64,000 nt of DNA, taken from NCBI RefSeq assembly GCF_009914755.1, contig NC_060935.1. One strand, written 5' to 3'. The notes under the pieces are model-generated. The model was not told the DNA's origin. It ran no database searches and saw only the letters and a list, made by a program, of their open reading frames with translations. Position numbers and translations under genes: made by a program. Source of the stretch: the human T2T-CHM13v2.0 reference genome, Homo sapiens. Below, piece after piece: positions 30,773-44,146 of this stretch. How positions within the stretch are numbered: position 1 is the stretch's first letter; each line of letters starts with the position of its first letter.

Positions 30773-31867
30773 GTGGCATAAACTGCAAGGACATCTGTTA
30801 TTTTCTTAACAAGAAATGTGGAGGTATGTGGTCTCCAGACTGCTTCAGTGTAGGTCATCAAGGTCATTGAGGACTCAGCTCAGGACAGCCTTCCTCAGCA
30901 TCCTGGCTTTTATCATTCTCAGCCTCATGGCCACAAGATGGCTGCTGCAGCACCAGGGCTCATGTCCTTAACTGATAGCATTTGAGTCTGGAAGAAAAGG
31001 GAGGGCTGCAGCAAAAAAACCTTTCGCCTCACATGACCCTCCCCTACAGAAGGAAAATCTTCCCTGCTCACTCCACCAGCCCTGGTTCATGTCATCAGTG
31101 CGTGTGAAAGGGCTTTATATCCTGCGAAACACAACAATGCTAATTTTAATTGCTATTGAAATCCATGCTTTTTCTTCCCCTTTGCACTGTGAGGGGCTGT
31201 GTGTGACTCACCGTGGCTTCTGTTGATTCTGCCCTCTAAATAGCTGGCAATCCCACCCACTTCTCTCCCTCTCTGTTGCCACACCCTCATCCAGACTGCC
31301 ACCATCTCTGTCACTGGTAGCTGCAATAACTTATTAATACTAACTGATTGCCCTGCTTCCATTCTTGACTCCTTCCAAGTCTTTCTCCCACAGAAGCCTC
31401 AGGGATCTTTGTAAAACACAAATCTGTCTGAGTCACTCCCCTGCTGGAAATCGTTCCAGGCTCAAAAATAGGGGAGATATTCAGAATAACTACTGATTTG
31501 GAATAGGCCCTGGGCAATCAGGATAGGCCCCAGTGTTGACAGCCCTGCCAGCCCATCCTTCCTGAATATCAGCCCTGTTCTGGTGGCCCTGGGGAAATTG
31601 ACCTCTGCTGCCTCTCCAGGCTTCTCTCTAAAGCCCGTGCCCCTCACCCCCACTTCCTGCACCACCTACATCCACTGCCCGATACTACTCTCTTGCCAGG
31701 CTGAACTTTTTGCTGCTTCCCAGATGTTTAACATACAGTAGGTGCTCAATCAATGGTTGTTGAGCTCTGGAATGATCACTGCTACCATTGTTACTCCCAT
31801 TACCACTGCCACCACCACCATTACTGCCTCCACCACCACCAGTACCACCCCTCCGATTTGCAGGACC

Positions 31868-31957
31868 CAGGCAAGAGTGCAAATGGAGACTACATATCAT
31901 AATATGTAATAGATCATATGTGATATGACATGGAGTCTCCATTTGTATCCTTGCCTG
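31868..31957. mobile_element. Palindromic MITE-like element (MER96/hAT-like)
   Basis: caggcaagagtgcaaatggagact ... agtctccatttgtatccttgcctg form inverted arms. The family name is from memory. Confidence 0.6.
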
Positions 31958-32574
31958 TCACCACTTTTGCCTGTTGTGAGGCCTCTGACCTCCCTGTTTC
32001 CTAGGACTGAAACACGATTTCTCCACTTTCCCTGAATAATTGCTTAACGTCTCTATTTGGATGTCTCCTCATCCAGGAAGCTTCCTCTGACACCCCTCTC
32101 CCCGCTCCCTGGCCATGGGTTCTCACAGCCACCCCTGTGCCTTCTTCTGTGTTTGTCACTCTGTTGTCATTGTTTATGTCTCTCCCTCTCTAGACTGGAG
32201 ACTTTTGAGGATGCAGTTGGACACAGAGGACAATTACATCCCCTGTGCTGGTAGTAGCAGGGAGCCATGGTGGTAAAGGAGGGCAGGACCACCTTTAAGC
32301 CCAGGAAAGAGGGACCCCCACCCTGGGCCATGCCCTCTGGAGGGCCCCAGTCTGACCCACTTTCAGCTGCACTCCTACCCACAGCCCAAGGGGTCCATGG
32401 GATTGAGGGTATGTGCACCCCACCTCCTCTCTAGACCACAGTGGGGACCTAGGATCCTGGAATTCTCTGCCCAAGCAGCCCTGAGTCTGCTTCTTGGACT
32501 GCACAGTCCTCTTCCCTAGGTCTGTTCTCTACACCTGAGGGATAGTTTGCTGGGGCTCTGGAAGAAATTTGGAA

Positions 32575-33455
32575 AAGTTCCATTTGCTTTTGCTGCATAA
32601 TGAATTACCCCAGAATTTGGCAACTTAAACAACTTTTTTTTTTTCTTTCCTTTTCTTTTTTGAGACAGGATCTTGTTCTGTTGTCCAGGCTAGGGTGCAC
32701 TGGCATGATCATAGCTCACTGCAGCCTTGACCTCCCAGGTTCAAGCAATCCTCCTACCTCAGCTTCCTGAATAGCTGGGACTACAGACGTGTGCCACCAT
32801 GACCAGGTAACTTGTTATTTTTTGTAGAGACAGGGTCTCGCTATGTTGCCCAGGCTAGTCTTAAACTCCTGGACTCAAATGATCCTCCCGCCTCAGCTTC
32901 CCAAAGTGCTGGGTTTACAGGTGTGAGCCACCACGCCCAGCAACAACTGTTTTCTAATCCTCATGAATTCTGTGGGTCAGCAACTTGGGGATGGCATGGT
33001 GGGAATGGTTTGTCTCTGTTCCACAATGTCTGGGGTCTCAGCTGGGGAGACTCCAAGCTGGGTGCTGGATTCCTCTGGAGGGGTCTTTATGTTCATATCT
33101 GCTTATTGTTTCTGATAGTTGGCCCAGAGCTCAGCTGGGGCTGTTGAGTGGAGCATATACGTGTGTCACCTATGTCGTCTTGGCTTCCTCACAGCATGGT
33201 GGCCTCATAGTGGTTGGACTTTGTACAAGTGGCTCAGGGGTCCAAAAGCAATTATCTCTGTAAGCAAAGCAGTAGCTGCATTGCCATTTCTGACCTAGCC
33301 TTGGAAATCAGCCCTTATAATTTCTGTTTCATTCTGTTGGTACAAATGAGTCACAGCCTACTCAGATTTAAGGGGTGGGGACATGGGCCACACATGGGCT
33401 ACCTCTCAATGGGAGGAGTATAAAAGCATTTGTGGACATGTTTTAAAACCACCAT
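32575..33455 (-). mobile_element. MLT1G/H-like LTR interrupted by AluJ (32634-32940, -)
   Basis: ttgctgcataatgaattacccc...cttaaacaac [Alu] ...ctcatgaattctgtgggtcag...ttggcttcctcacagcatggtggcctc...ttttaaaaccaccata. Confidence 0.7.
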
Positions 33456-35739
33456 AGACATGCAGATTGGGGTGTCCATACGTGTGTGTACGGGACCCCT
33501 CACAGTAGAGGACGGAGGTGAAATGAGGAGAGAGGTGGGCCAACAGCTGGAAGCCAGGGGTCAAGGGTTGGCTTTCCCTGGGTTTACATATTCTGGTCAA
33601 GAATTCAGAGAAGTCAGAACATTTTAAATTTGAATTTGGCCTTCCAGGCCATTAAGAAGTTACATTTGTCAAGGCAGGAACACAAAACATATTCATGTAA
33701 CAGTTTAGTTAGTTGGATTTATAACTTTTAAATATTTAGCATGTGATAGGTATTCTTCACGTGCATTCTTGCCTGGGCCCTGCAAGTGTGAGGGGTGGTC
33801 CTGGTGGTAGAGGTGGCAGTAACGGTGGTGGTGGTGGTGGTAATGGCAGTGACAGTGGTAGTGGTGATCATTCAAGGGTTGAACAACCATTTATTGAGTA
33901 CCTACTATATGTCAGCAGTCAACCACATCTTACCACTGTCGCCTTTACCATCATTGTCATTCTTCCTTCCTTCAATTAGCATATATCGAATGCCTCTTGT
34001 GGGCTAGGAACCACGCTAGGGGCTGGAAGTGCAGAGATGATAACATGTGGTCTCTGGTTCCAGACACTAACTGTCCCGTGGGAGAAACGGACCACTGCAG
34101 TACAAACGTATGAGTTCCACTACTGAGGAGCAGACAATGCTGGGGCAGCCAAGGACTAGGGAGGGCTTTTCTAGGAGATCTTGAAAGATAAAATGGAGTA
34201 GTACAGGCATAAAATGGGGAAAGGCATTCCAGAAAGAGGAAACAACTTGTAAAAGGCATGGAAGAGAGGACACAGTTTCAAGAAAGTTGTAGCAGTGGCG
34301 GCCTGGGAACGGGGATCCCTTTGGTGACCACTCCCTGTGTTTGCCACCCACTCCTTTATTTTGGGGTGCTGCTCTTCCCCTACTCCAATCATGTGATGCT
34401 AGTACCTCATCCCTGACCACCCAAGACTGGCTGTATGTCACCCAATATGGACCAGTCAGAATTCCTCCCCAAAGTATTTCTATTGGAATGGGAAGGGAAG
34501 GTCCTTTGTACCTGATCTGGTTGGGAGCTCTTACAGTGTTCAACAGTGTGTAGTGTGTTGTCTTCTTCTTGAAAGAGTTGGTTGGAAAGAAGGTGTGACT
34601 ATTCAGGGTCAACAGAGTTCAGAATGGAGAGGGAATGTTCTGATGGTGTCAGAGTCCATGATTCAGGTCTTTCTGGAGCCCAGATCCATCCCAACTTGGT
34701 CAGATGGTGCAGCAGGACCCTTGGGTATTGCTGGGAGATAAACCCAAGGGTTGGACTGAAAAGGCAGCAGGAGTCAGATCATGAAGGGGTGAGCGGGGGG
34801 AGATTTGGTGTCATCTTGAGGACAAAGGAAAGTCATTTAGGGAGGGGCTTAATAAGGGAGAGGCATGGTCAGATTTATGTTTTTGAAAGATCATTCTGAT
34901 AGGCAAGACTTACTGGGAATGGGGAGGGGTGGGAGAGGAGAGGCTGATGGCAGGGGAGCTGGTGAGAAGGCTGATCTCACCCTTGGCCCAGTTGTCACCG
35001 GGCAGGAGAGGCCCGAACTTTGGAGTGAGACCCTATGAGTACCAATCACAGCCCCACCTCCCAGTTGCTGTTTGACTTTGGGCAAGTATGTGAGCTCTGA
35101 TCTGTGCTGGAGGAAGATAAATGTGGGATTGGTGAGAGAAATCAAATTTCATGTGGTCATTAAATCAGTCTTGAGCTGGGTACCAGAGATGCAGGTTCTA
35201 ATTCTAGAAAGTCTGAGAAAACGCCCTATACACAGAAACCCATGCCAACCCACCCCCTTTCCAACCTCAGCCACCTTCCTACAGCGGTTCCTGCTCATTT
35301 CCATGAACTGACTCTGATGGAGGAGGTGGCAGGCAGGGGGTGTCTTCCAGGGACCAGGGTGAGGGGAAGCAGGGTGGCTGAGCCAGCCCTAGAGAGAGAT
35401 GCCATTGTGTCCAGTGGGGCCCCAGGCCATCCCTCACCCCCAGGCTAGCCCTAAACCACAGGCCACGTCCTGTTTCTCAGAAATACTGCCATTTCCCAGA
35501 GCCCAGTGTTCGTGGGGGGACAAAGGGAGTGACGTGACAGCTGCCAGAGGAGGAGGAAACATCCCCAGGAAACCTGGAGGCCAGGCCTGGCATTGTGAAG
35601 GATGATCACATATCAGGGCCAGAAAGCTACCTGGGAAGGTTGAGTGGAATGGGGACTCTGAGCCCAGGTCTGTGATGCCTGCCCCTGCTCAGGACCCGGC
35701 CCCTTCCTGTGCTCTGGGACCCATAAGGATACAGAATCC

Positions 35740-36015
35740 TATCACATAAAGGTAGAGAGTGGAAAGGTAGATGACAGAGACTGGGAAGGGTGTGGGGAGC
35801 GGGAAGATGAAGAGCACTGGGCTGAAGGTACAGACATGCAGTAAGACAGAAGGATTCTGTTCAGTGATGGATAGCACGGTAAGGTGATTGTACTTAACAA
35901 AAATGTATTCAGGTGATGGACACCCTAAATGCCTTGACTTGATCACTGCACATTATACACATGCAGCAAAATTTCTCGTGTACCCCATAAAGTTGCACAA
36001 AAAAATTTAAAAAAT
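35740..36015 (+). mobile_element. L1MA-like 3' end fragment
   Basis: gtagagagtggaaagg...caggtgatggacaccctaaatgccttgacttgatcactgcacattatacacatg...taccccataaa followed by an A-rich tail. Confidence 0.75.
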
Positions 36016-38407
36016 ACAATTAAGACTTTAGGATATAGAATCGTAGACCCCAGTTGGAATCCAACTGTCCATTTGTTATTGTGACCTTGGTGAGTGACCT
36101 TCTCTCCCTGGAGCCTTAGTTCCCTTGTCTGATATGGTTAACAAGCCCCACCTCACTGGGCTGTGCTAGGGATCAGATGAGACAATGGATTTGAATGTGC
36201 TTTGTTAACCAGTGGCCAGGAAGGATATCACTACCTCAGTGGGAGCTCTGGCGGTGCCCAGCCTGGCCACCAGTGGGACAGTGGATCCCATGGGACTCCC
36301 TGCTGGAGCCTTGGGGAGCCCCATGCGGGAGCAGGGCTGGTCAGCCCTGGGAGCCCCCCACTCCCCTCTCCCTCATCACACTCATGGGGAGATGAGTAGG
36401 GTTATGCAGCAGCTTAGAGGCCAAGGAAGAATGGATTTTAACCCATCCCTAAATCTTGCCTTCCTCCATCCTCACTCCTGTTTCTCCTGATTTTCCCTCT
36501 CTTGGGGCATCGCCTCGTCACCGAGACTTGCTCTCAGCCAAAAAGCTGTCTTCTTCAAGCCCATGTGCACAGCCAGCCACAGCCCTGCCTCTCTTCTTCT
36601 TTACTGCCAGCTTTCTTAAAATGCTTGTCTGTTTCCTCACTTCCCAGAAACCATCTCAGCACCTAAAACCCAGCTCCCACCTCTCAGCTCTCCTGACTGT
36701 GCTCCCTGCTGTGGCCATTGGAGCCTCCTTGTTTCCACGAAGGTCTCTTTGCCAGCCTCACCCTGGCCCTCTCAGCACCCTGCTCCCCCACCTATTCCCT
36801 GTCCGCCATGCTGACCCTTTGCTGATGCTCTGGGGTCCGTCTTGCTCCCACTCTGTTTACTCCACCATCTCTCCCAGGCCAGTGTCACCCCCTCTCCCAG
36901 CTTTAGTTACCACCTACAGGTCAACAGCTCCCAACTCCCTGCCTCTAGCCCAGCTTTCTCTCCAGACCTATTAAACCCAGAGGGCTGTGGATACCTCCTG
37001 AGCCTCAGCGTGTGCTCAGCTGAAACTTCTGGCTTCTTCTCCCAGAAGGTATCACCAAGTGAGACACCAGGTACACACTTGCTCCTTGCTCTCCCTCAAT
37101 CCTGAGTCTAGCCAGTCATCCGTTGTGCCTTGCCCATGACCTCTCTCCTATCCAGGCCAGAGTCATCCTCACGTGGATCCCATAACAGCCACCTCCTACC
37201 TGGCCTCAGCCTCACTCTGCCAGGCCATTCTTCACCTGGCCGGTAGAACCAGTGTTCTCAACCACAAATCTGACCAAAGTATTGAAACTCTCCTGGGGCT
37301 ACCTGCTAGCCTTCAGGATGCAGTCAGAGCTCTTCAGCTAGCTGTGCAGCCTCACCTCCCTTTGCTCGTTGCCTCAAATTATCATCCAGTGACAGTGAGC
37401 TATTTGTGGTTCTGCCGTAACTTGCTACTTTTCACCGTCTACCAAGTTTTCTCTTCCTGTACCGTCACCCACCCTCCTCTCTCTCTCCCCCTTTTTTTTT
37501 CTACCTCCTGCTTACCTTCCGAGCCTGCTTGAGTGTCGTCAGTCTGGGTTGGGGCTGTGCCCCCTTGGTCCCTGCCCTTAGCACTGGCAACACTGAGGGG
37601 CTCGGATGCTGCTCCCTCCTCTATCTCCTCCTCCAGACTTGAGGCTCTAAAAGCACAGGAAGGGCAATTAGCTCCCTGCACTGTGTTGGTGCTCGAGCAT
37701 AAAGCCCACCCGAGAGCAGCGCCGAAGCTGTTTTATGAATGAATCCATGAAAGAGAAGACAACATGGCAGAGCTGCCTGCAGACTCACATAGCGAGCCCG
37801 TGTTTACACACACAGAAAGGTCTGGACCAAAGTCAGGAGAGGGCAGTGTGCTGAATGTGTCCCCCTGGTGGAAAAGCGAACCTCAGAGGCATCCCATAAG
37901 CCCATCAGAGAAACCAGGAAGGCAATTTGGCCTGCAGCATCAGGAAACGTGTACAGCGAAGTCCACTCCTGTCCGGAGACCCTGGAACTGCCTCTGATGA
38001 CAGAGCCCTGTTTCCAAACCCCATTTTCCAGGAAAGGAGCCACGGTACAGGGCACAGATGTGTCAGGGAAAGTATCACTGAAGACATCTGAGATAGGCTG
38101 AAGGATGACCAGAGTTTATCCTGTGAATGGTTAAGCTTTCAGATTCCTGCACTTTAAATGAGGCAAGCTCAGAACCCATCCCTGGAGCTCCAAGTGAACC
38201 CTCTGTGTGAGCAAGCCAGGCCAAAATTGTGAGTCATCTTGAGGAGGGACAGGTAGAGGCTGTGAGGGGAGAAGGTGAATGTCTTCTGACTCAGGGGATG
38301 TTGGTAGATTCCAGCCTCAAACCCCAAACTTTCAAATCCAGACCCCTGGGAGCTGGCAGAGGAGTTAGGGGAGGGAGACACTCATCCCTGCTCAATAAGG
38401 GTGGCAT

Positions 38408-38445
38408 CAGACTTCCCAAACCTTAGCAGACTTCCCAAACCTTAG
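38408..38445. repeat. Perfect 19-bp tandem duplication (CAGACTTCCCAAACCTTAG)x2
   Basis: Read directly from the sequence. Confidence 0.95.
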
Positions 38446-38476
38446 TAACCCTAGGTTCAAGATTAGGGCTGTGGAG

Positions 38477-38613
38477 GCTGGGCTTAGTGGCTCATGCCTG
38501 TAATCTCACCACTTTGGGAGGCTGAGGCAGGAGGATTGCTTGAGCCCATTAGTTCTAGACCAGCCTGGGCAATATAGCAAGACCCCATCTCTTAAAAAAA
38601 AAAAAACAAAAAA
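38477..38613 (+). mobile_element. Alu monomer (FLAM-like)
   Basis: ggctgggcttagtggctcatgcctgtaatc...gcaagaccccatctcttaaaa; TSD-like ggctgtggag on both sides. Confidence 0.8.
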
Positions 38614-38979
38614 GGCCAAGGCTGTGGAGACAATGGCCGGAGCCCTCTGAGTGGCTGCACAAGTCCAGTCAACAGACTACTGTCCACCATTTCTCTGGAG
38701 CTTTGATCAGGCTTGGGTGGGGAGGGGATGGAGGAGCCGTGGTTGTGAGAGGATTGAGACTAGCTGTCCTGAGGAGAGAACCCCGCCTGGGGCCGGGAGC
38801 CTGAGTTCTAGCCCTGGCTTCAGCATACCACTGTGAGGCTTTGGGGAAGACATGTGGTGGTCCTGAGCCCATCTCCTCCTCTAAAATGTGGGTAGTGCCT
38901 ACACCTTTCACCTTAAGTGAAATCATTGACATTAAAACATCTTTGAAATTATAAGGATTTGTACATGTGGGCAGGGTAA

Positions 38980-39376
<397 letters not shown>

Positions 39377-39950
39377 TGACCGCCCAGTCTTGGAAATCCT
39401 CTGAGGTGAGGCTATCTGGGCTCGTGACACTGGCCACACTGTGGAACTGGGGAAGGAGTGCTAGCCTGGAGCGAGAGATCTGGCTTCCAACTCCAGATCT
39501 GCTACTAAGCAGCTCTGCGGCTTTGGGCAAATGACTGCCTGCTGCTCCTCCCTAACTGGGTTTCCTCATTGTAGGGTGTGAAGACAGTGGTGAGGATCCC
39601 AGGAATACTTGCTGGGAAAGTGCTTTAAGGCTCCATTAACGCCCTCCCCTGGCTAATTAGAGTCATTCCTCTTTCTGAGGCTCAGTGTCAAAGAGCTGTG
39701 GGAGGGGGGCTGCCCGGAAAAGCAAGAGGTGCTGCAGTGGGGGGCCTGGGTGAGGAGGCTGGGGGAGCTAGCCCTGGCTGTGGTGACAACTCACTGTGAG
39801 GACTGGGACCATTCTCTATCCCTTCTGGATCTTGGTTTCCACCCCTGTAAAATGGGGATAACCAGGTCTGCCTTGTGGAGTTGCTAGGAGAGCATGCAGG
39901 AGACTGGATATGAACCCAGAAGGCAGGGCTGAGGGTAATGCAACTTCTTA

Positions 39951-39956
39951 TTTATT
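39951..39956 (-). terminator. CHRDL2: CHRDL2 polyadenylation signal AATAAA
   Basis: Plus-strand TTTATT about 45-55 nt past the two stop codons, in an AT-rich patch; implies a very short 3' UTR. Confidence 0.85.
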
Positions 39957-39998
39957 AATATATAATAACAACAATTATACAGCTCATATCTGCAACTG

Positions 39999-40086
39999 TT
40001 AGGTCTTTGTTATGTCTTGGTCACTTTGTCTGGACTGGCCGTGACCTTCAGCTCCAGGGTCTGGGCTAGGAAGACGTTCCAGTGAC
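39999..40086 (-). CDS. CHRDL2: CHRDL2 last exon, coding part (dual frame)
   Basis: ccatgcag|GT CAC TGG. Frame A: (G)HWNVFLAQTLELKVTASPDKVTKT, TAA at 40010-40012. Frame B: SLERLPSPDPGAEGHGQSRQSDQDITKT, TAA at 39999-40001. Confidence 0.95.
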
Positions 40087-40705
40087 CTGCATGGAGGAGG
40101 GCAGAAGAGGGAAGAGGCGTATGTGTCTGCATGTGCACAACAGAGGCAGCAGCTGGGGGTTGGAAAAGCCTTGGGCCAGGAGGAACTGCAAGGGCCAGGG
40201 TTTGGAGCCCACAGGGAGCCTGGAGGCGAGTGTGCCATCACACTGGGTGTGATGGGGCACATGACCCAGCTTTCAAACAACCTTGGGGGACAGAACTGGT
40301 TTCCTGACACCTGTTGGTAATACTCCCCTCTGTGACCTCCCCTACCCGACCCGAAACCCCACCTGGGTCCATCTTCCTAAAAGTAAGGTATAGAAGGAAA
40401 GTGGAAACATTCCAGTAGAGAGGGAGTGGGCAGTACCCAGGTTTGGGGGCTCAGACCTCCCCTCTCCACAGCCCTTTCTCCCTCCACCCTCAGAACCAAA
40501 TCCAGCCAGCTCTGCTTCACCTTCCCGCTCTGGAGTTAGGAAATCTCTGGCGCAGACACCCACTGGATTCCTGTGCTGGGAACTGACGTCTGTGGCTGAC
40601 AGCCCCTCCTCCCGGCACCAGCAGCCTGGGAACTCCCCGAAAGGCTCTGGCCCGTGTCCTTGCCTTCTTCCTGCCCCGGCCCCATTCCTCAGCCCAAGCT
40701 CCTAC

Positions 40706-40798
40706 CTTCGTGGGGGCCAGCGAGCAGTCGGAAGTGCTGTGCCTCTTTCTGGAAGTCTTGCTTCCTGACTTTCTTGATCTGAGTCAAGTGGAAGATTC
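40706..40798 (-). CDS. CHRDL2: CHRDL2 penultimate exon (dual frame)
   Basis: ctgccctcag|GA ATC TTC...CAC GAA G|gtagga; 93 nt. Frame A: (G)IFHLTQIKKVRKQDFQKEAQHFRLLAGPHE. Frame B: NLPLDSDQESQEARLPERGTALPTARWPPR(R). Confidence 0.95.
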
Positions 40799-41480
40799 CT
40801 GAGGGCAGAGACAAGGATGTGAGCAGGCAAGGCAAAAACTTACAGTCGGTGAAAAGTGAAACAGGGTGACTTAGCACAGAACGGACCCAATCACTCCCTC
40901 CCCCACCCCATTCTGATCAGACACAAAATCCTGCTGATGACATTTCCTCAATATTTTGAATCCATTCTCCTATCTCTCTGCCACTATCCTCACTCAGGCC
41001 CCTGTTGTCTTGTCTGGGTCACTACACTAGAGTCCTAACCCCTTTCACTCCCCCTCTAATCTGCAATCCTAGCTGTGGTCATTAGAACGTGTATACGTCA
41101 CCCTGTCATTCCCCTTCCCTGACGTCCTGTCGCCTCCACAGTGAAGCCTGTTTTCTTCTGTCTGTTCTCTTTGCTGATCCTGCTCCTGTCACCTGTACCA
41201 TCCTGCTCTCACAACACCCACCTGTCCCCAGTGCAGGGAGGGAGGGAAGTGGAAGGCAGGAGGGAGAGGAGGAAGAAAGGAAAGAGAAGGAGGGAAAAAG
41301 GAAAGGAGGGCAGGAAGGGAGGAAGGAAGGTTGGCTGGCTCATGTGAACTGGTCACGCTTTTCTCAGGGCATAGAACATATGATAAAAATCAATAGGTGT
41401 GTTTATTCAGATACCAAAGAACTAGCAAGTGGCAGAGTTACAGTGGCTTGCCTGTGCCCTAGCCCTAACCAAGTACTTGA

Positions 41481-41879
<399 letters not shown>

Positions 41880-42139
41880 ACGACTTCTACTATTAGCACC
41901 AAATGAACTCCTACCTGTGCTCCAAGCCTTAGCTGGGAAGTCTTCCCTAATCCACCCGAGGCAATTCCTCCTTGGGGCACCCACAGCACCTGGCTTCCAT
42001 CTGTGATTGTGCCTGTTTCTAATGTGCTCTCATTGTGTCTACTCCTGCTTCCTCTACCAGACTGGGGACTCCCAGAGGGCTCTCCTCTCTGGGTCCCTTG
42101 AGCCTGGCCCACATTTGGCATGTAGAATGAATGAATCCC

Positions 42140-42186
42140 TGGATGGATGGATGGATGGATGGATGGATGGATAGATAGATGAACAA

Positions 42187-42230
<44 letters not shown>
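42140..42230. repeat. Compound microsatellite (GGAT)n(AGAT)n plus (CA)~21
   Basis: Read directly from the sequence. Confidence 0.95.
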
Positions 42231-42232
<2 letters not shown>

Positions 42233-44146
42233 CCCACATACCCAGTCTAGGCCAGGCCCCAAGGGGGAATGAGGTATTAGCTGGATCCCCTGATGTTTGC
42301 ATCTCATGGGGTGCTGGCCACTGGCACCACACATGGCTCTGAGGCCCTGAGCACATGGGCTGTGAGGCTGCACCAGCTGTTACCCACCAAGGTCTCTGGC
42401 CAGAAAGAACAGATGCAACCAGCAAGGCCTCTGCTAGGCCAGCACTGCCTTTAAGAAGACCAAGAACTGGCCCTGCTTATGGGAATCAGCGTGGGATTAC
42501 CGCCAAGGGGAACAGAAAACCCTAATCCTGGGACTGAGTTCCAGGAATCAGGAAATGTCCAGCACTGTCCATGGACCCCCCCAGCCCAGATGCCAAGGAC
42601 CAGGATATGGAAGAAACTCCAAAGGCCCAGGGATTATATCATAGCGGCAGGCAACAAGCATGAGATGAGATGGGGATGGGTCCTTCGGCACAGGCCTGCC
42701 ACTGCATGCTCCCGAGTTACAGAAAAATTGGAGAGAAGGTGGCAGGGATGAGGGCGGGTTCCCACACTGTGGTCTGTAAAGCATTAAAGCATAATTGAAA
42801 GGACTGGGTCTCTGGCCTGGAATCAAGAGCTAGCCTGAGGGTCATGGTTGTGCCTCTTGCCCTTTGAAGGGCTGTGGCAGGTCTGAGGGCAGGTAGGCTC
42901 TGTGGATCCTCAAAGCAGAGCTGGCACCAATGGGCAAGTCCAGGGACACAGGATAGGCTCAGCTCAGTGTGAAGTCAGATGCCCTTTGGGCTGAGCAATT
43001 CACAGTGTTGGAAGTGTGTCACCTATCTGGAGTAGGAGTGGGGGTATGTACAGTCAGGTGCCAGATACCATCAAGCCATCAGGAGGCTGCAGGGGGGCTT
43101 CCTTCCTAGACAGGGCTTGGAATTGAGACCCCGACATCCTTTCTACTGTGAAACTTTAGAATCTAAAAGGCCCTTAACCCTAAGCCAACTATCTGGTTAG
43201 ATTCCTGTGTCTGGGGCTGGCCCCTCGTGGTGTGGCCTCACCTAGCATCTGCCTGCTCACTTTGTTTCCGTTCCTTGGACTGGGGAAACAGTGAGTGGTT
43301 CCCACTGACAATCAACCCTGGGTAGTGTTTGTTTTAACTCCCACGGTCTGGGACAGGGAGGGAACAGGGAGGCTGATGGGGCATTTAGGCAACCCACAGG
43401 GTGAGGAGATGGGGTGCGGTTTGCTAGTGACAGGATGGCAGGGCCTGGCATTGTGAAGTTGTTTTTCCTTTTCTGCTGGGCCTGGTGACAATGAGATTGG
43501 CCATGAGCTATGCCCCCACTGTGCCATCCTGGCACACCTTGGCCATCCTCCCTAAAAGCACGAGGTCACCTCTGTGGAGGTGGCACTGGGGACAGTCAGA
43601 GCTGGATTTGAATCTTTGCTTTACTGCTTAAACTGTGTGACTTTGAGTAAGTCATTTGACCTCTCAGACTCAGTTTTCTTACCTGCAAAATGGGGGCATT
43701 AATACGTGCCCCTTAGGTTTCTTAAGAGGATTAAATGAGATACATTATACATAGTGCCTGCTACACACCAATCACAGAGCACAGGGCATATGGGCGTGAG
43801 CTCTGGAGCCAGCGTTTGAGGCTCTCACTGTCATCCTGGCTGCAGTGTACCCTTTTTGCCTCTTTATTTATTTACTTACTTATTTTAATTTTTAGTGACA
43901 CTATCTGTTCATTGGCTCTTTACATCATTGAGGCCCATCCTTCACGAAGCCTTCCCTGACCAGCTCAGCTCCCAATAAGCTCCACTGCACCCAGGTCACT
44001 AAGCCTCCTAAGGACAGAGGCTGGGGCCTATTATGCTCCATGTCCCGGCACTTAGTTGGGGGCAGCGGAGAGAGAGAGGCCCAGAGTAAACATGTGGCCA
44101 AAACCTGCCCAGGGACTGATGGAATCTTTTTTTTATTATTATTATT

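Noticed and set aside
31685-33979. Two similar Gly-rich ORFs on opposite strands that look like paralogous peptides
   Set aside because: Explained by a non-coding inverted duplication containing a (GGT)n tract (reported as a finding); no promoter or splice context supports genes.
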